Assembly (NCBI RefSeq): GCF_964194025.1
Contig: NC_134475.1
Coordinates: 11,470,001 to 11,534,000, forward strand
DNA: 64,000 bases
Source of the DNA: Convolutriloba macropyga
Lineage: Eukaryota
Direction of reading: 5' to 3'
A program made the translations under genes and the position numbers. Below the pieces are notes generated by a model. That model was not told where the DNA came from and searched no databases. It saw nothing but the letters and a program-made list of their open reading frames with translations. This document shows positions 13,661-27,066 of the stretch, one piece after another (the first letter of the stretch is position 1; every line of letters starts with the position of its first letter).

Positions 13661-14143
13661 GTTATAAGGAAGAAAAGCCTTTGAGAAATTCCGCTGGAAC
13701 AAAAAGGTTTTAGCAAGAAAATGGTTGTTATGTTTTACGTGTTCGCATAACATGTTTTATTTATTTTCTAAGAATTGGTCATCTTACCTGTAAACATTGG
13801 CAAGCATACTGTTACTGTGAAATTTGTTTTTCGTAATATACGCTTGCGACAAGTTTAAAGTCATATCGAGCGGAGATTTTTGAAAGCAAACTTATTTTAT
13901 AGTCACACGGTAAATACTTTGAACAACGGATAATAAACGTTTAAATTTGAATCCTATGTTCCGGTTCAAGAAGTCTAAATACTCAAAATGAACAAGTTAA
14001 AGTTGAAAGAGTGCTTCACTGATCACAAACGATTCTTTTTATACATACCAAACGTTATTTTAGTACCAAAATCAACGAAATACAGTGTGACAATACAGTT
14101 TTCACTTAACATTTGTTACAAACTGAGCGCGAAATCTTTGTTT

Positions 14144-16376
14144 CCCGGGCCGAGGTGTCAACGCTAAAAAACGCAAAATTATTTAAGATTGGCGTTGAAT
14201 GCGTTGAATTTATGTAAGATCTACGCTTGAGCGTAGATCTTACATAAATTCAACGCATTCAACGCCAATCTTACATAATTTTGCGTTGAATTTTGGCGTA
14301 GATCTTACAGATTTAGCGTTGAATTTTAGCGTAGATCTTACATATTTAGCGTTGAATTTAGCGTAGATCTTACATAAATTCAACGCATTCAACGTCAATC
14401 TTACATATTTTGCGTTGAAATTTGGCGTAGATATTACATATTTAGCGTTGAATTTTAGCGTAGATCTTACATATTTAGCGTTGAATTTAGCGTAGATCTT
14501 ACATAAATTCAACGCATTCAACGCCAATCTTACATAATTTTCCGTTGAATTTTGGCGTAGATCTTACATATTTAGCGTTGAATTTTAGCGTAGATCTTAC
14601 GTATTTAGCGTTGTATTTAGCGTAGATCTTACATAAAATCAACGCATTCAACGCCAATCTTACATAATTTGCATTAAAATTTGGCGTAGATCTTACATAA
14701 TTAGCGTTGAATTTTAGCGTAGATCTTACATATTTAGCGTTGAATTTAGCGTAGATCTTACATAAATTCAACGCATTCAACGCCAATCTTACATAATTTT
14801 GCGTTGAAATTTGGCGTAGATCTTACATATTTAGCGTTGAATTTTAGGGTAGATCTTACATATTTAGCGTTGAATTTAGCGTAGATCTTACATAAATTCA
14901 ACGCATTCAACGCCAATCTTACATATTTTGCATTGCAGTTTGGCGTAGATCTTACATATTTAGCGTTGAATTTTGGCGTAGATCTTACATATTTAGCGTT
15001 GAATTTAGCGTAGATCTTACATAAATTCAACGCTTTCAACACCAATCTTACATATTTTGCGTAGAATTTTGGCTTAGATCTTACAAATTTAAGGTTGAAT
15101 TTTTTGAATTCCATTTCAGACCACTTTATGATTTCAAAGTTTTTCAAGTGTTTTTTCAAAAAGTCAATTTTTTCACTGTTTCGACCCCTATGCTTCACAG
15201 GTGAGAAAAGCGAAGTCAGCAAAAAACCACTTTTTAGTGCTCTTTTATAGTGCAAAATCCAATTGACACCATTTTACGGTTTCAAATTTTTCAAGTCTTT
15301 TTTCAAAAAGTTAATTTTTTAACTGTTTCAACCCTATACTGCATTTAGTGCTCTTTTTTAGTGCAAAATCCGTTTCAGACCATATTACGATTTCAAAACT
15401 TTTTCAAGTTTTTTTTTCGAAAATTTAATTTTTTCACTATTTCGAACCCTATACTCCAAATGTGAGTAACAAAAAGTCAGAAAAAATCTTTTTTAGTGCT
15501 CTTTTATAGTGCAAAATCCAATTCAGACCATTTGAAGATTTCAAATTTTTCAAATTTTTTTTTGGAAAAATTAATTTTTTTACTGTTTCGACCCCTGCAC
15601 CCCACTGCACAATTGAGAAAAATGAAGTCAGCAAAAAATAACCATTTGCTCTCTTACGGTGCAAAAACCATTTCAGACCATTTTAGGAATTCAAATTTTT
15701 TTCAAAATTAAAAAAAAATTTTAAATTTTTCCCAGTACTTCTCACATGATAAATGCGTTGAATACGTTGAAATTATGTAAGATCTCGGCTAAATTCAACG
15801 AAAAATATGTAAAATCTAGGCTAAATTCAACGAAATATATGCAAGTTCTACGCTAAATTCAACGCAAAATATGTAAGGTCTACGCTAAAATCAACGCAAA
15901 AAATGTAAGATCTACGCTAAATTCAACGCAAAATATGTAAAATCTACGCTTTATAAGGATTTCGGCTCTTAAGGAAACCAAGGTACGGTGGCGCAATGGT
16001 AGAAGAGGCGACAAGTAAACAGGAGGTCAGTGGTTCGAGTCCTATACCCAGAGTTCTACGCGTTGATTTTTTGTAAGATCAACGCTAAATTCAACGCAAA
16101 AAATATGTAAGATCTACGCTAAATTCAACGCTAAATATGTAAGATCTACGCTAAATTCAACGCTAAATATGTAAGATCAGCGGCAACTAGCGTTGACAAG
16201 TCGGAAAATTCACCGCCATTTCTTACATAATTTTGCGCTGAATGCGTTGAATTTTTGTCTTTAAAATCAACGCATTCCACGCAAAATTATGTAAGAAAAT
16301 TGCGGTGAATTTTCCGACTTGTCAACGCTAGTTGCCGCTGATCTTACATAATTTTGGCCAAATTCCTTGGCCCGGG
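14144..16376. mobile_element. Foldback-type non-autonomous DNA transposon (CCC...GGG termini, CMC/EnSpm-like) with inverted 32-33 bp subterminal arrays
   Basis: TIR CCCGGGCCGAGG / CCTTGGCCCGGG with TT on both flanks. Left array GCGTAGATCTTACATATTTAGCGTTGAATTTTA (~14180-15100) is inverted at ~15750-16170. Central ~110-150 bp tandem units at 15100-15710. Confidence 0.85.
15982..16048 (+). other. tRNA-derived (SINE-head-like) sequence inside the foldback element
   Basis: A box TGGCGCAATGG (15989) and B box GGTTCGAGTCC (16032); cloverleaf stems imperfect. Confidence 0.6.
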
Positions 16377-17499
16377 TTTCAATTTAATCGAACAGTTCAA
16401 CACATAATGGCGAAAAACACAATCGACTACAAATTGTCCTGTATTTCTTGAAAAACGCTTTAAATGGCATATTTGTAACTATTTTTGTGCGTGTCAGTGA
16501 CACCAAAATCAAATTTTTTTGTTCGTACACTTTTTTGTATTTTGAGTTATGCAAATGATCTAAAAAATTAAGAACTGTTTGAAAACGAAAAATCGGCCAG
16601 TCATATTGTTTTTACACATCAATTGTAAAAATTTCCAAGTTTTTTTTCAAGTGATCAAAAGTTTTTTGGCAAAGCTGAAATTGATCACGGTGTTTCATCA
16701 ATATTTTTGGTGAAACAGACGTTTGTGATTGTTATTTAGTTTGCGAAGCAGGTAAAAATCAAAAAAGTGTTTGCAATTTCTTAACTAATTTGTGACAAAG
16801 AAAGCAATTTGTTGATCACCAAAGTGCAATAAGTGATCCTAAAACAGACTATGGACGGCCAATACAATGTGATAAAAACTGATAACTGTCAGAACAGAGA
16901 ATTTTAAAAAAAAATGGTTTTTCTTCATCTATGTCTTAAATTTTATTAGGAAAAACAAACGTTCGCTCTAAAAAATCTTGAATGTTAAATGAAATAATTA
17001 GTAAATTCAGTCATGCTTTACAGTACAGTCACTGATAAATAAAACCATTCAGACTTCGTAATTAAAAAAAAGTGGACAACCAGAACAATGAAAAGCTATA
17101 CTTTCGAAAAAGTTTTGCTCATCATAATACAATTAATCTTTTTGGTTTACCTTTAAAAGCAGCATTGTTGCCTCAAACTCATTATATTCTCGGCTGATGG
17201 TTTGTTGAGATATAGAACAATGCAATTTTTCTTGATTTTTAAAAATTTTTCAATACATTTCAGGGAAAGAAAACTATACATAAATTCATAAATGAACATT
17301 TGAAAAGTATTATTCCAATAAAAAGTATTTTTGTAAAACAATTTATTCATATTATTTGTTGTCTGCCTAAAATTTGTTGTCTGCCTAACATAATTTGTTT
17401 TTAATCCTTTGCACGTCTAAAGTTGTCAGGTGACATTGAATTGTACCCAGGGCCTCAACTGAAAAATTTATTTGAAAGTTCCTTTACTTAAAAAACAAA

Positions 17500-20260
17500 G
17501 GATCAGACAATTTGCCATGATGTTACTTGCAGTTGAAGAGTTCGAAGAGTTTTCAATTTGTTGGAAACAACACCACAAAAAAACGTTTGTTGCTGTAACT
17601 GAAGCCTGGTTGAACACTGATTTTTTTGCAGAAATCAAATTTTTAACAGCTTTGAATTTTTTCTTTGGCAAAATGTAGATCAAATAAGACTGGGATTCCA
17701 AAGCAAATGTACCACCAGTATTAAATCAAGCATAGAAACGGTTGAAGAGAACTTTTTGAATCCATTTGGGATGAAATAAGCGACACTCCGAATGAAAAAC
17801 TCTTTGCTTACGTTTCTTATTGCCCGAACAAACGCCCTGGTGAATTTTTCTTCATCAATTAAGTAGCGAACTACCGGAGGCATATAGTATAACAGACAAC
17901 TAAATTTGGCTGGGAGAATACAACTTGAATTATTTTAATAAGACAGAGAAATAAACCAGACACTTTTGCGTTAAATTAAGAATTACAAATTGTTAACCTC
18001 AGGTATGCAACCAAATGTACTGATAACATTTACACTAATTGATAGCAGTCTCATTTCGAAAGATCAAATAATTGCGTACAACGTTACAGCAACTCCCTTT
18101 CCAACCTCTTTCTTGATATCTTGGAATCAAACCTCTCGTTGTAATCTGAGTGTGACAACATGACAACAACAAGAAATTTGCTACTGACGTTCCAAATTTA
18201 ACAGAGATCTTGCCGTCGCAAAAACTTGGAAAAAAGCCAGTGTATGTTTCGTTCATTTATCATCGATACTTTTGAGAATATTGTAGAAAACAATCGCCGA
18301 TACAGAATGATGAGAAATAGTAATGCAAATTTTAAGAATTCTAAGCCCTCTGGTTAAAACAAGAATTGAGGTATTTGTTTGCCCATAAAGTTTTTTTGTT
18401 CAAAAAATTGAGAAAATCCTGATAGTGAGACGTATAAAGAAATTAAGCGTGTTAAAAATTTAGTTAATAGGAGATTAAGGGAGGCGCGCTACAATTTTTG
18501 CATAATTTTTTTCAAAAAATCTACAAATAAGAAAAAAGTGAGGGAAATTCAATAAGTAAAAGATCAGTCAGAGTGAAAAATAGTCACGATTAAAGAAATT
18601 AGATTAGATAATGGCGATATTTCCAGACCTGCAAAAAATATTTTGAGTTGTCGAAAATGATCATTTGCTAATCTAGTGTTTTCAAAGGTTCAGATATTGC
18701 TTGTATATATCCTGATAAAATTCACATCCCTGAAATCACATTCAGAGCTATGATTAAAAAAGAACTGTATTCAGTGATTTACTCACTTTAATATAACAAA
18801 GCAGCCAAAGACCTGGTGAAATATCAGTTCACCTCAGAATGTTGTGCAATATATTGATGGGTGTACATCTACAGTTCGCTTTGAATGAGTGTATTCAGGA
18901 GAAAGTTTTTTCAAACTATAATGAAACTAGCCTATTTAAGAAGAAGAAAACCAATTTTCAAGAAGAGTGGTAAATTGGTTAGTACCAATTTCTGTAACTC
19001 CGAGTTTTGCAAAAGTTTTTGAGCGCGTTCTTCTGACACAGATGACGGATTCTATTGATAGGCTTAAAATTGTAAACAATGAGCAATTCGGATTTCAGGA
19101 AAAAAGTCAGCAACCGATGCAGTTTTTTCACTAGTTGAAACAGTTTTTTGTCTAGTTTAGATAAAAAATTGTGATTATTTTTCTATATCTTGGAAAAATT
19201 TTCACCTCCATTTCACACAGCATTTTTTAGAAAATTGAAATGTATGGTTTTTCGAACGAGGCGAAAGATTTGCTATTTTCGTTTCTTGCCAACAGCAGAC
19301 AAAAAATAAAACTTAATGGAATGTTTTCTGATTTTGAAGTGTTGAATCACAGTTCGCCACAGGCAACTGTTTCAGGGCCATTTTTTTCTTTTATATGTGA
19401 ACAATATCTCATCTATTATTAACACAATAGAGAAAGTAATTCAGTTCTCAGATGACGCAAAGTTTGTCTGTCGTAGAATGGAAAGTAGCTTAACTGGAAA
19501 AGTTAAAAAAATTTAACATAAAACAGAAGATTATGCAGAGATGAACAAAATAACCGTGAATGCAAGCAAAAATTGAATCAACCTTTTTTCCCGCAATAAC
19601 TCTGATTTGGAATCTATTTTTTAAAAAAAAAAACGAAGTACCCACAATTGTTGCAGATACCTTGTATTTAAATTGTTGGGAACCTTGATTTTGAAGAGCA
19701 GTTGAATAAAACATTTAAAAAGACGGATCATGCGATACGATCTCAATATACCTGATAAATCATCAAATTCTCCTGAATGCTCGCATTTTTCTTTCAAAAC
19801 CACTTGCGCTTTCACACTTATCGTTTTGGGCAGTCTTTTTCAAACGTTTTCTGAAAAAAATCTGAAACGCTTTATTCGACAAATTAACTGGGGTATAAAT
19901 GTTTGCATTCTACGCTAAAAGTATGACAAAGCCAGAAGTCTGCTAATACAGACAAAGATCCTACCTGCTCAAATAATAATAGCAAAAATTTCGTTAATGA
20001 AATTTCAATATGGCATAGCCAGAGCCAAAAATTCTGAAAATTTTCACGGGTATCTGAGTCTTCATCAAAACATTCGAACAAAACAATTCAAAATTAGACA
20101 AAATCTTCAAAAACCAACTTTGGAATGATTTCGTCAATGCGTACAAAACCGGAATAAGTTTCCACAATGGCTTCGGTTGGCAAAAAAGGAAATTATTTTT
20201 GAGAATACTTTGAATGATTTCTTGCTCTCATAACATGAAAAAATCTCTTTGAATAGTTAA
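17500..20260 (+). mobile_element. Highly decayed CR1/L2-type LINE ORF2 (APE plus RT)
   Basis: VAVTEAWL and FESIWDEI...SYCP (APE). PISVTPSFAKVFERV (~18985), EQFGFQ, KIEMYGFS, SPQATVSGP, QFSDD (RT). Many stops and frameshifts. Confidence 0.8.
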
Positions 20261-20836
20261 GTTTTTCTTAGGAAGAAAAGAACCGGAAGAAAAATTAATA
20301 ATATGATTCTTTAAGAGAATTGATTGTTGTTTAAACATTTGCTTAAATTATTTGAAGTATTGTCCGTTTCAAGTATATTTAACTTCATGTTGAAAAAAAT
20401 TTCATCAGGCCGACTAGTAAACTTGACGAAAAACTTGCCAAAAAGAATGAAAAATTGCCAAATGAATTACTAGCTGCCTTTTGTCGAATTTAAGAAAAAT
20501 GAAACTTTAGAAAATTACAAAACATATACAACCTATTGACAAAAATCATACAAAAAAATCCAGAGAAAATTTTCAAAAACAAAAACTTATACTCAACATA
20601 TTGACAAAAATCATCGAAAAATCAGGAGAAAAATTTCAAAAACGACGTCAATTGGCCTCAAGTAAATAAAAGTTCTGTCATAAACCAAAAGTTTGATGAA
20701 GCGCTGTTAACTAACTCCACTTCGAAAAGCCCTCTGTTTAAAGAATATGACCCCAAACTAAATAGTTTTCACTTCTTTAACCACTATAGCGTAATTAAAA
20801 TGAGTGCTTAAATTCTAAAGGTCTTCAAGAGGAGTG

Positions 20837-22350
20837 AGCAGATCTTAAGAACCGGCCCAATTCAATTTTAATATTTGTAATTAGAAAGAACTAGAATAAC
20901 AGCTGTTTGACCTCACAGCTTATCTCACTTTAACCTCACTTAGGTTAGAAAGCCGAAGCTATGCAAGTGATCTGAATAATTCAAGCGGCTTCATAAGGTA
21001 TCTCTGGATAAAAAATAGTTAGCTTTTAACTAAAAAATTTAGTTTAGCTCAAGTTTGGTAAATTGAGACAAAAAATAAAATCAACGGTGCGATTAATTAG
21101 TTAGCGAACACATTACGATTGTTTAGGGGCGCACTTGTGTCATTTAGGTCTATTGTCCAGTCACCTCGTCAACTTACACGGTGGTCAAACCAAAACACCT
21201 GTCACAAAATGATTGGTTGAGTCTGCAGCCGTTCTTTATTCCTGGAAATAATACTCAATGCTTCCTGAATTTTATATTAAACAATTTATTACGTCTGAAG
21301 TAAGTTGGTAATTATAGAAGTGATATCAATACAGGGGTCGATAGAATTTTCATCACATTGAATTTCATAGAAATTTAATGGATCATTGAATTCATAAATC
21401 ATACAGTTAATAAATATTGGTGAATCTTAATTTTTTCTTTGACACCATAATTGTAAGTTGTAATTAGTGTTACTGAGTAAAAAAGTAAAAAAGTGCCATA
21501 TTTTCGGTGCCAAAGACTCGCCAACTTGTGCTAACTATGCGTTGCAACGCACGGCCCGAGACAACATAGGTCAATACCCGGAAGCAACCAAAGCAGATCT
21601 TAAGAACCGGCCCAATTCAATTTTAATATTTGTAATTAGAAAGAACTAGAATAACAGCTGTTTGACCTCACAGCTTATCTCACTTTAACCTCACTTAGGT
21701 TAGAAAGCCGAAGCTATGCAAGTGATCTGAATAATTCAAGCGGCTTCATAAGGTATCTCTGGATAAAAAATAGTTAGCTTTTAACTAAAAAATTTAGTTT
21801 AGCTCAAGTTTGGTAAATTGAGACAAAAAATAAAATCAACGGTGCGATTAATTAGTTAGCGAACACATTACGATTGTTTAGGGGCGCACTTCTGTCATTT
21901 AGGTCTATTGTCCAGTCACCTCGTCAACTTACACGGTGGTCAAACCAAAACACCTGTCACAAAATGATTGGTTGAGTCTGCAGCCGTTCTTTATTCCTGG
22001 AAATAAAACTCAATGCTTCCTGAATTTTATATTAAACAATTTATTACGTCTGAAGTAAGTTGGTAATTATAGAAGTGATATCAATACAGGGGTCGATAGA
22101 ATTTTCATCACATTGAATTTCATAGAAATTTAATGGATCATTGAATTCATAAATCATACAGTTAATAAATATTGGTGAATCTTAATTTTTTCTTTGACAC
22201 CATAATTGTAAGTTGTAATTAGTGTTACTGAGTAAAAAAGTAAAAAAAGTGCCATATTTTCGGTGCCAAAGACTCGCCAACTTGTGCTAACTATGCGTTG
22301 CAACGCACGGCCCGAGACAACATAGGTCAATACCCGGAAGCAACCAAAGC
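20837..22350 (+). repeat. Near-identical 755-bp tandem duplication spanning the BEL insertion junction
   Basis: 20837-21594 matches 21592-22350; AGC microhomology at the junction. Confidence 0.92.
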
Positions 22351-25350
22351 CGTCCTAGAAAACTTCTACATGGACGATTACCTAGAATCGGTGGAGTCCC
22401 CCTGAGAGGCCTCTCAATAGATCGAAAGAATTGGTGCAATTTCTCCATCTAGGTGGGTTCAAGCTTAATAAGTTTGTAAGCAGTGTACCAAATCTGGCTG
22501 ATCAAATTGATGGTCACCGCAGTCCACCAAACCAAAAGTAATCGCGTCATCTAAGGAGGAATATTCGCATGTGCTCAGGATGAAATGGGATCACAACAAT
22601 GATACTCTAGACGTGAGTCGAGGTATCTCCAATACAGTAACTAAGTCTTTAACACAACGCTTGGCACTGAGCCTAGTGTCTATGGTATATGATCCCATTG
22701 GTCTAGTGGCACCATTTACAGTTGGTGCTCGATTGTTACTAAGAGACATTTGGCGTGTCCGTGGGCAGCTTTGGGATGAAGAGCTACCGAAAGGCACAGT
22801 AGAAAAGTTCCTCGAATGGAGTGAAGAACTACCCAAGCTTGCAGAAATTACTATATCGTGGAGCTGCTTTTCGGCAAACTTTGAACACTTGGAACTACAA
22901 ATTTTTGGCGATAGTTCGCAAGAAGTCTCCAGTGCTGTTGAATTTCTCCGACCTTGGTTAAATACTTCCGGTGGGTCCCAAACGGAGCTTCCGTTTGTCC
23001 TGGGTAAAACTCGCGTAACACCTGTGAAGGTCATGACAGTTCCAAAGCTGGAATTACAGGCGGCGCTATTGGCCGCTCCATTGAAATACCTGCCGAGCTC
23101 TTACATTGAAAACAAATAAGGTTTCCATGTGGACCAACAGCACTAGTGTCTTGCAATGGCTTAACTCTACAATCAAGCAGACAATATTTATTGATAACCG
23201 TGTTTGCGAGATCTGTAAACACTCTAGTGTTGACGAATGGAACCACGTTGCCTCAAGCGATAACCCGGCAGACGCCGGTACTCGTGGTATATCCGCTGGG
23301 CTTTGCAATAAAGTAGCTGGGTGAGGGATCCAGATTTCCTAAGAACCAAGCAATTCCCGTTCAATCCAAATAGGGAGGTAGTTAAAAAAATCAAACTCGG
23401 TATAGTAACCAAAGAAATTGAGGATACTAACACATCATTGGCGGCATCCGCAACTAAGTCAACTAACGAACCGCCCCCGCAACTAGTCCCCTTCGATAAG
23501 TTTGGTTCTTATCAAAAATTTCTTCGAATAATAGCATACATACTCCGGCTCTTACCTTCGCATGAATGCTACCGTAAAATCGATGGTAGTATAATAGATC
23601 CCACTGAGTTTGTAAAACCGAGCGCCATCTGCAGTATCTCGTTCAAAGAGAATCTTTTCCTTCCGAAAAAAAAGATCTCCTGGAAAACTAATGCGGTAGT
23701 TGGAGTAGCCGTGTTGTCCCGTTTTCCCTGTTCATCGGACCAAATGGTCTAATCCGCTCGGCTGGCCGTATCAAACAGCTGGTCGAAGTAGATTATGATG
23801 TAAAACATCCTATCGTTCTTGACGCATCGCATGTGTTCGTAAAGGTGTTTCTCATAATCACTTGAAAAACCATCATCAGGGCGTTGACTATCAGCAGGCT
23901 AAAATACAGGAACGTTATATCATCCGTAAGTTACGATTTTCTCTGCGTTCGATTAAAAACAACTGCGTCACTTGCAGAGTGATCCGCGCTGTCACTAACC
24001 AACCCATCAAGGCTGACCTCCCATTAGAAAGACTCCCATACCCGTCTACTCCCTTCACGAACACCGGGGATGACTACTTCGGTCCATTTTAAGTTACTGT
24101 ACGTAGGAATACCGAAAAAAGGTGGGGATTCCTCTTCACATGCTTGACTGCTGGTGCCGTTCATGTTGAAATCGTTCCGTCCATGGACGCCAGTTCGTGT
24201 GGAAAGTGAATGAATCTCCCGTTGGGGTACACCAGCAATTATTTGGTCTAATAAGGGTACTAACTTTGTTAGTGCGGAAAAAGAACTACGCGAGAACATC
24301 GAAAAGTGGAACACCATCAACATCGCCGTTGTATTTGCCCAAAAAAGGCTTTAAGTGGAATTTCAACCCGCCCATGCGCCTCACCAGGGTGGAAAATGAG
24401 AGAGGCTAGTACGTAGTTTCAAGCGAATACTTTGCACTATCCTTGGTACTCGTCGCCTCACCGACAAAGTTTCGAAAACTACTTTTTGTCTGATCGAACA
24501 TGCACTTAATTCACCTCCGTTAACGCCCGTAAGCGCCAACCTTTCCGATCTAGCCGCATTAACACCTAATCATTTTCTCCTTGGTAACCGAGCAAGTAGT
24601 GTTCCTTCCATCATTGGTCTAGATGAGTTTGATCACCGTAAGTGGTACGCCCGCGCACAGTCTTACTCTAATACCATTTGGCCCCGTTGGATCAAAGAGT
24701 ACGTCCCGGAGCTGCACCGACGTTTCAAGTGGCAAACGCCTGCTGAGCAACACATAAAGACTAATGAATTGGTTTGGGTAGTTGAAAAGACCGACCCCAG
24801 GGGTTGCTACCCTACTGCTTGGCTTACTGAACTCCTTTACGTTATCGACAGCGTCGCACGCTCCGCCGTCTTGCGCACGTCCACGTTTTCACTCGTCCGC
24901 CCAATTAGTGCCCATTTTCCCAATATCTTTTTCTATGGCGGAGGATGTTACTGAGTAATTAAGTACGCAACAGAATATTATCCAATCAGATTCAAGTGAC
25001 AAAATGCGTACCGAAATTGTTCCGATTTACGTATAAGGCCCGGAAAAAGCGCAAATAACATAATTTCAAGTAAATCTAATCATAAGACCTGTCAAATAAG
25101 ACAAGACTCAGCTCAATAATTTTCGGTTTTTTGGATTTATCGGTGCGCAATGGTGACCTGCTTTGAACTCATGCATGAAAAACAGACTGATACCAGCCAA
25201 ATGAACAAAAAAAACTTTGTCTTCCGAAAACACTTGTTGCTATATTCGTACCAATGTAAAAACGTTACATCGTCGTTTTTATATTTTTATGTGCATTGTG
25301 AAAAAGACTGAATTGAGCATCCGAAAGCGTGTTTGTTTTACAACTTCATA
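22223..25350 (+). mobile_element. BEL/Pao LTR retrotransposon, internally deleted and decayed (RT C-half, RNase H, integrase, 3' LTR)
   Basis: FGAKDSPTCANYAL, NFYMDDYL, YDPIGLVAP, IFGDSS, TVPKLELQAA, NPADAGTRG, HH..CVTC, PFTNTGDDYFGP, LTPNHFL. PPT GGCGGAGGA then TGTTACTGAGTAA at 24946; same 13-mer at 22223; ATTAG at 22218-22222 and 25351-25355. Confidence 0.9.
24946..25350 (+). repeat. Putative 3' LTR of the BEL element
   Basis: Starts TG directly after the PPT. End inferred from the ATTAG TSD; terminal dinucleotide reads TA rather than CA. Confidence 0.6.
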
Positions 25351-27066
25351 ATTAGTTTTCTAATTTACGCAATTAAATAGAATTGTAGTCCTATGTCTCC
25401 CGGAAGGAAATTATTCTATCACAGGGAATGGATCTTTACCGCAATATGCCTAGTTGCAGCGAAAAATGATGCGGTCTCTTTTTTAAACAGAAAAAGTGAC
25501 GGTAAACAAATTTATTTAACAAAACGTTCTTAGATTGTTTTCTACTTATCAAAAAATAAATAATTAGCCTGCAAATTTTGAATGTTTTATAGCTTGAATA
25601 AAAAGTTATTTATCCCTACAAGTAAACTAAATGTGGTGAGCGATATAGAATTTGTTATAGTATACACTCTAGTAACTAAGTTTTGATCATAAGATGGAGC
25701 TTGAAATTATAGCTCAATATACGAGCGCATAGTAAGACTCTCGCAATGTGGAACAGTTGGCTCAGTGGAGAGCACAGGATTGCAAGCAATTAGAAGATTG
25801 TGGGGTCGCAATTCACAATGATCTAACTTTACGCTCACTATAATGGCGTTGACATAGATTCAACATAACGAGCAAAGAGTTGTTGTAATAGAATAAGTTA
25901 AATTAAAAGAACAATTAAAATTGGATGTGTCTTACCTGTTTTGATCAATTTCTGGTGTCTTACTCATACTCTGGCGATATTGAAAATATGCTGACGTTTT
26001 CCGAAATAAAAATTTTGAAACAAATCCTTCAATTAAAAATATTAGAACCTTTAAAGCTCAACCAAGAATAGACTTCGTGGGAAACATTTTATTTACTGTA
26101 CGTTCTATAACGAAACAAACTGTTTAACATTTATAACAGTTGATGACAACGAAATTTTTGCTGAATAAGCAAATGTGAAAAATATTGAAAATATTGGATT
26201 GTGAAAAATATTGAACATATTGTGAAAAATATTGAATAACAGTTGATGAACTTTGTGATCAGATCAAATATCTCAAGAAGTGAAAACGGATTCATGGATT
26301 GCTCATTATCAATTAATGAAGGGTTCTTTAAAGACAATGACGCAATTAAAACAGAAAAGAATTTCTGCCGCAGTTTAAAATCCTTCTCTTAAACTCTGAT
26401 AGAAAAACAAAAGCATTAAATTTTGCGGACTCTTGAAAACAAGCAAAGAGCTCTTGATGCAATTTGTATGGCGTCCTATTGTTTCTGAGATGGGATTTGA
26501 TTTTTAAAATTCATCCCCGATCAAAACAGCAGAACTGTTGATAGCCAAATTCATCTAAATTTTGATGGAAAATAGCTATTAAGAAGATTCCATTTTTCAA
26601 TGTTTATATTTTCTGTGTATATGATATATACTATCAACAAAAAAATTTTTTAGAGTGTTTTACTAATCATAAACAGACCCGAAAACTCGTCCACTAAAAG
26701 CAAACTTGACATCTTTGATAGATAACATACCGAAATTTTATTTGTCTAGTCGCAAACTTACTATGTTATACAGAAAAAACATCAAGAAATGTAAGCATTT
26801 ACAGAAATCTCGCCAGGATAACCCAAAATGATTTACTATTACACTGAAAGATATAACAGATTATGCGAACAGAAATAGCACTATTAAAAAATCATAACAA
26901 AATTATAAAATTCAGCATATATCAAGATTAATCAAGACCAATTATGAATTATGAACAATTTTGAGGATTTCAACTGCCGTTATTTTAATGAAAAGCAGTT
27001 GCTCTCATTGTTTTTTAAAGAGTTGAATTATAATTTTAAATGGATGGAAGACCGGTATGTAGACAG

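Noticed and set aside
14180-15100. CRISPR-like regular ~33-bp repeats
   Set aside because: Head-to-tail units with no unique spacers, no cas genes, eukaryotic context.
14240-15255. ORFs with KFNAKYVRSTP 11-aa repeats
   Set aside because: Translation of the 33-bp array; the frame breaks every ~259 bp and the region lies inside a TIR element.
15982-16048. Functional tRNA gene
   Set aside because: A and B boxes are present but the acceptor and anticodon stems do not pair properly.
16400-17150. PHD-finger ORF1 of the adjacent CR1-like LINE
   Set aside because: Only scattered Cys/His in broken frames.
25755-25830. Further tRNA/SINE head (TGGCTCAGTGG); a similar weak case at ~31730-31830
   Set aside because: B box too degenerate to call.
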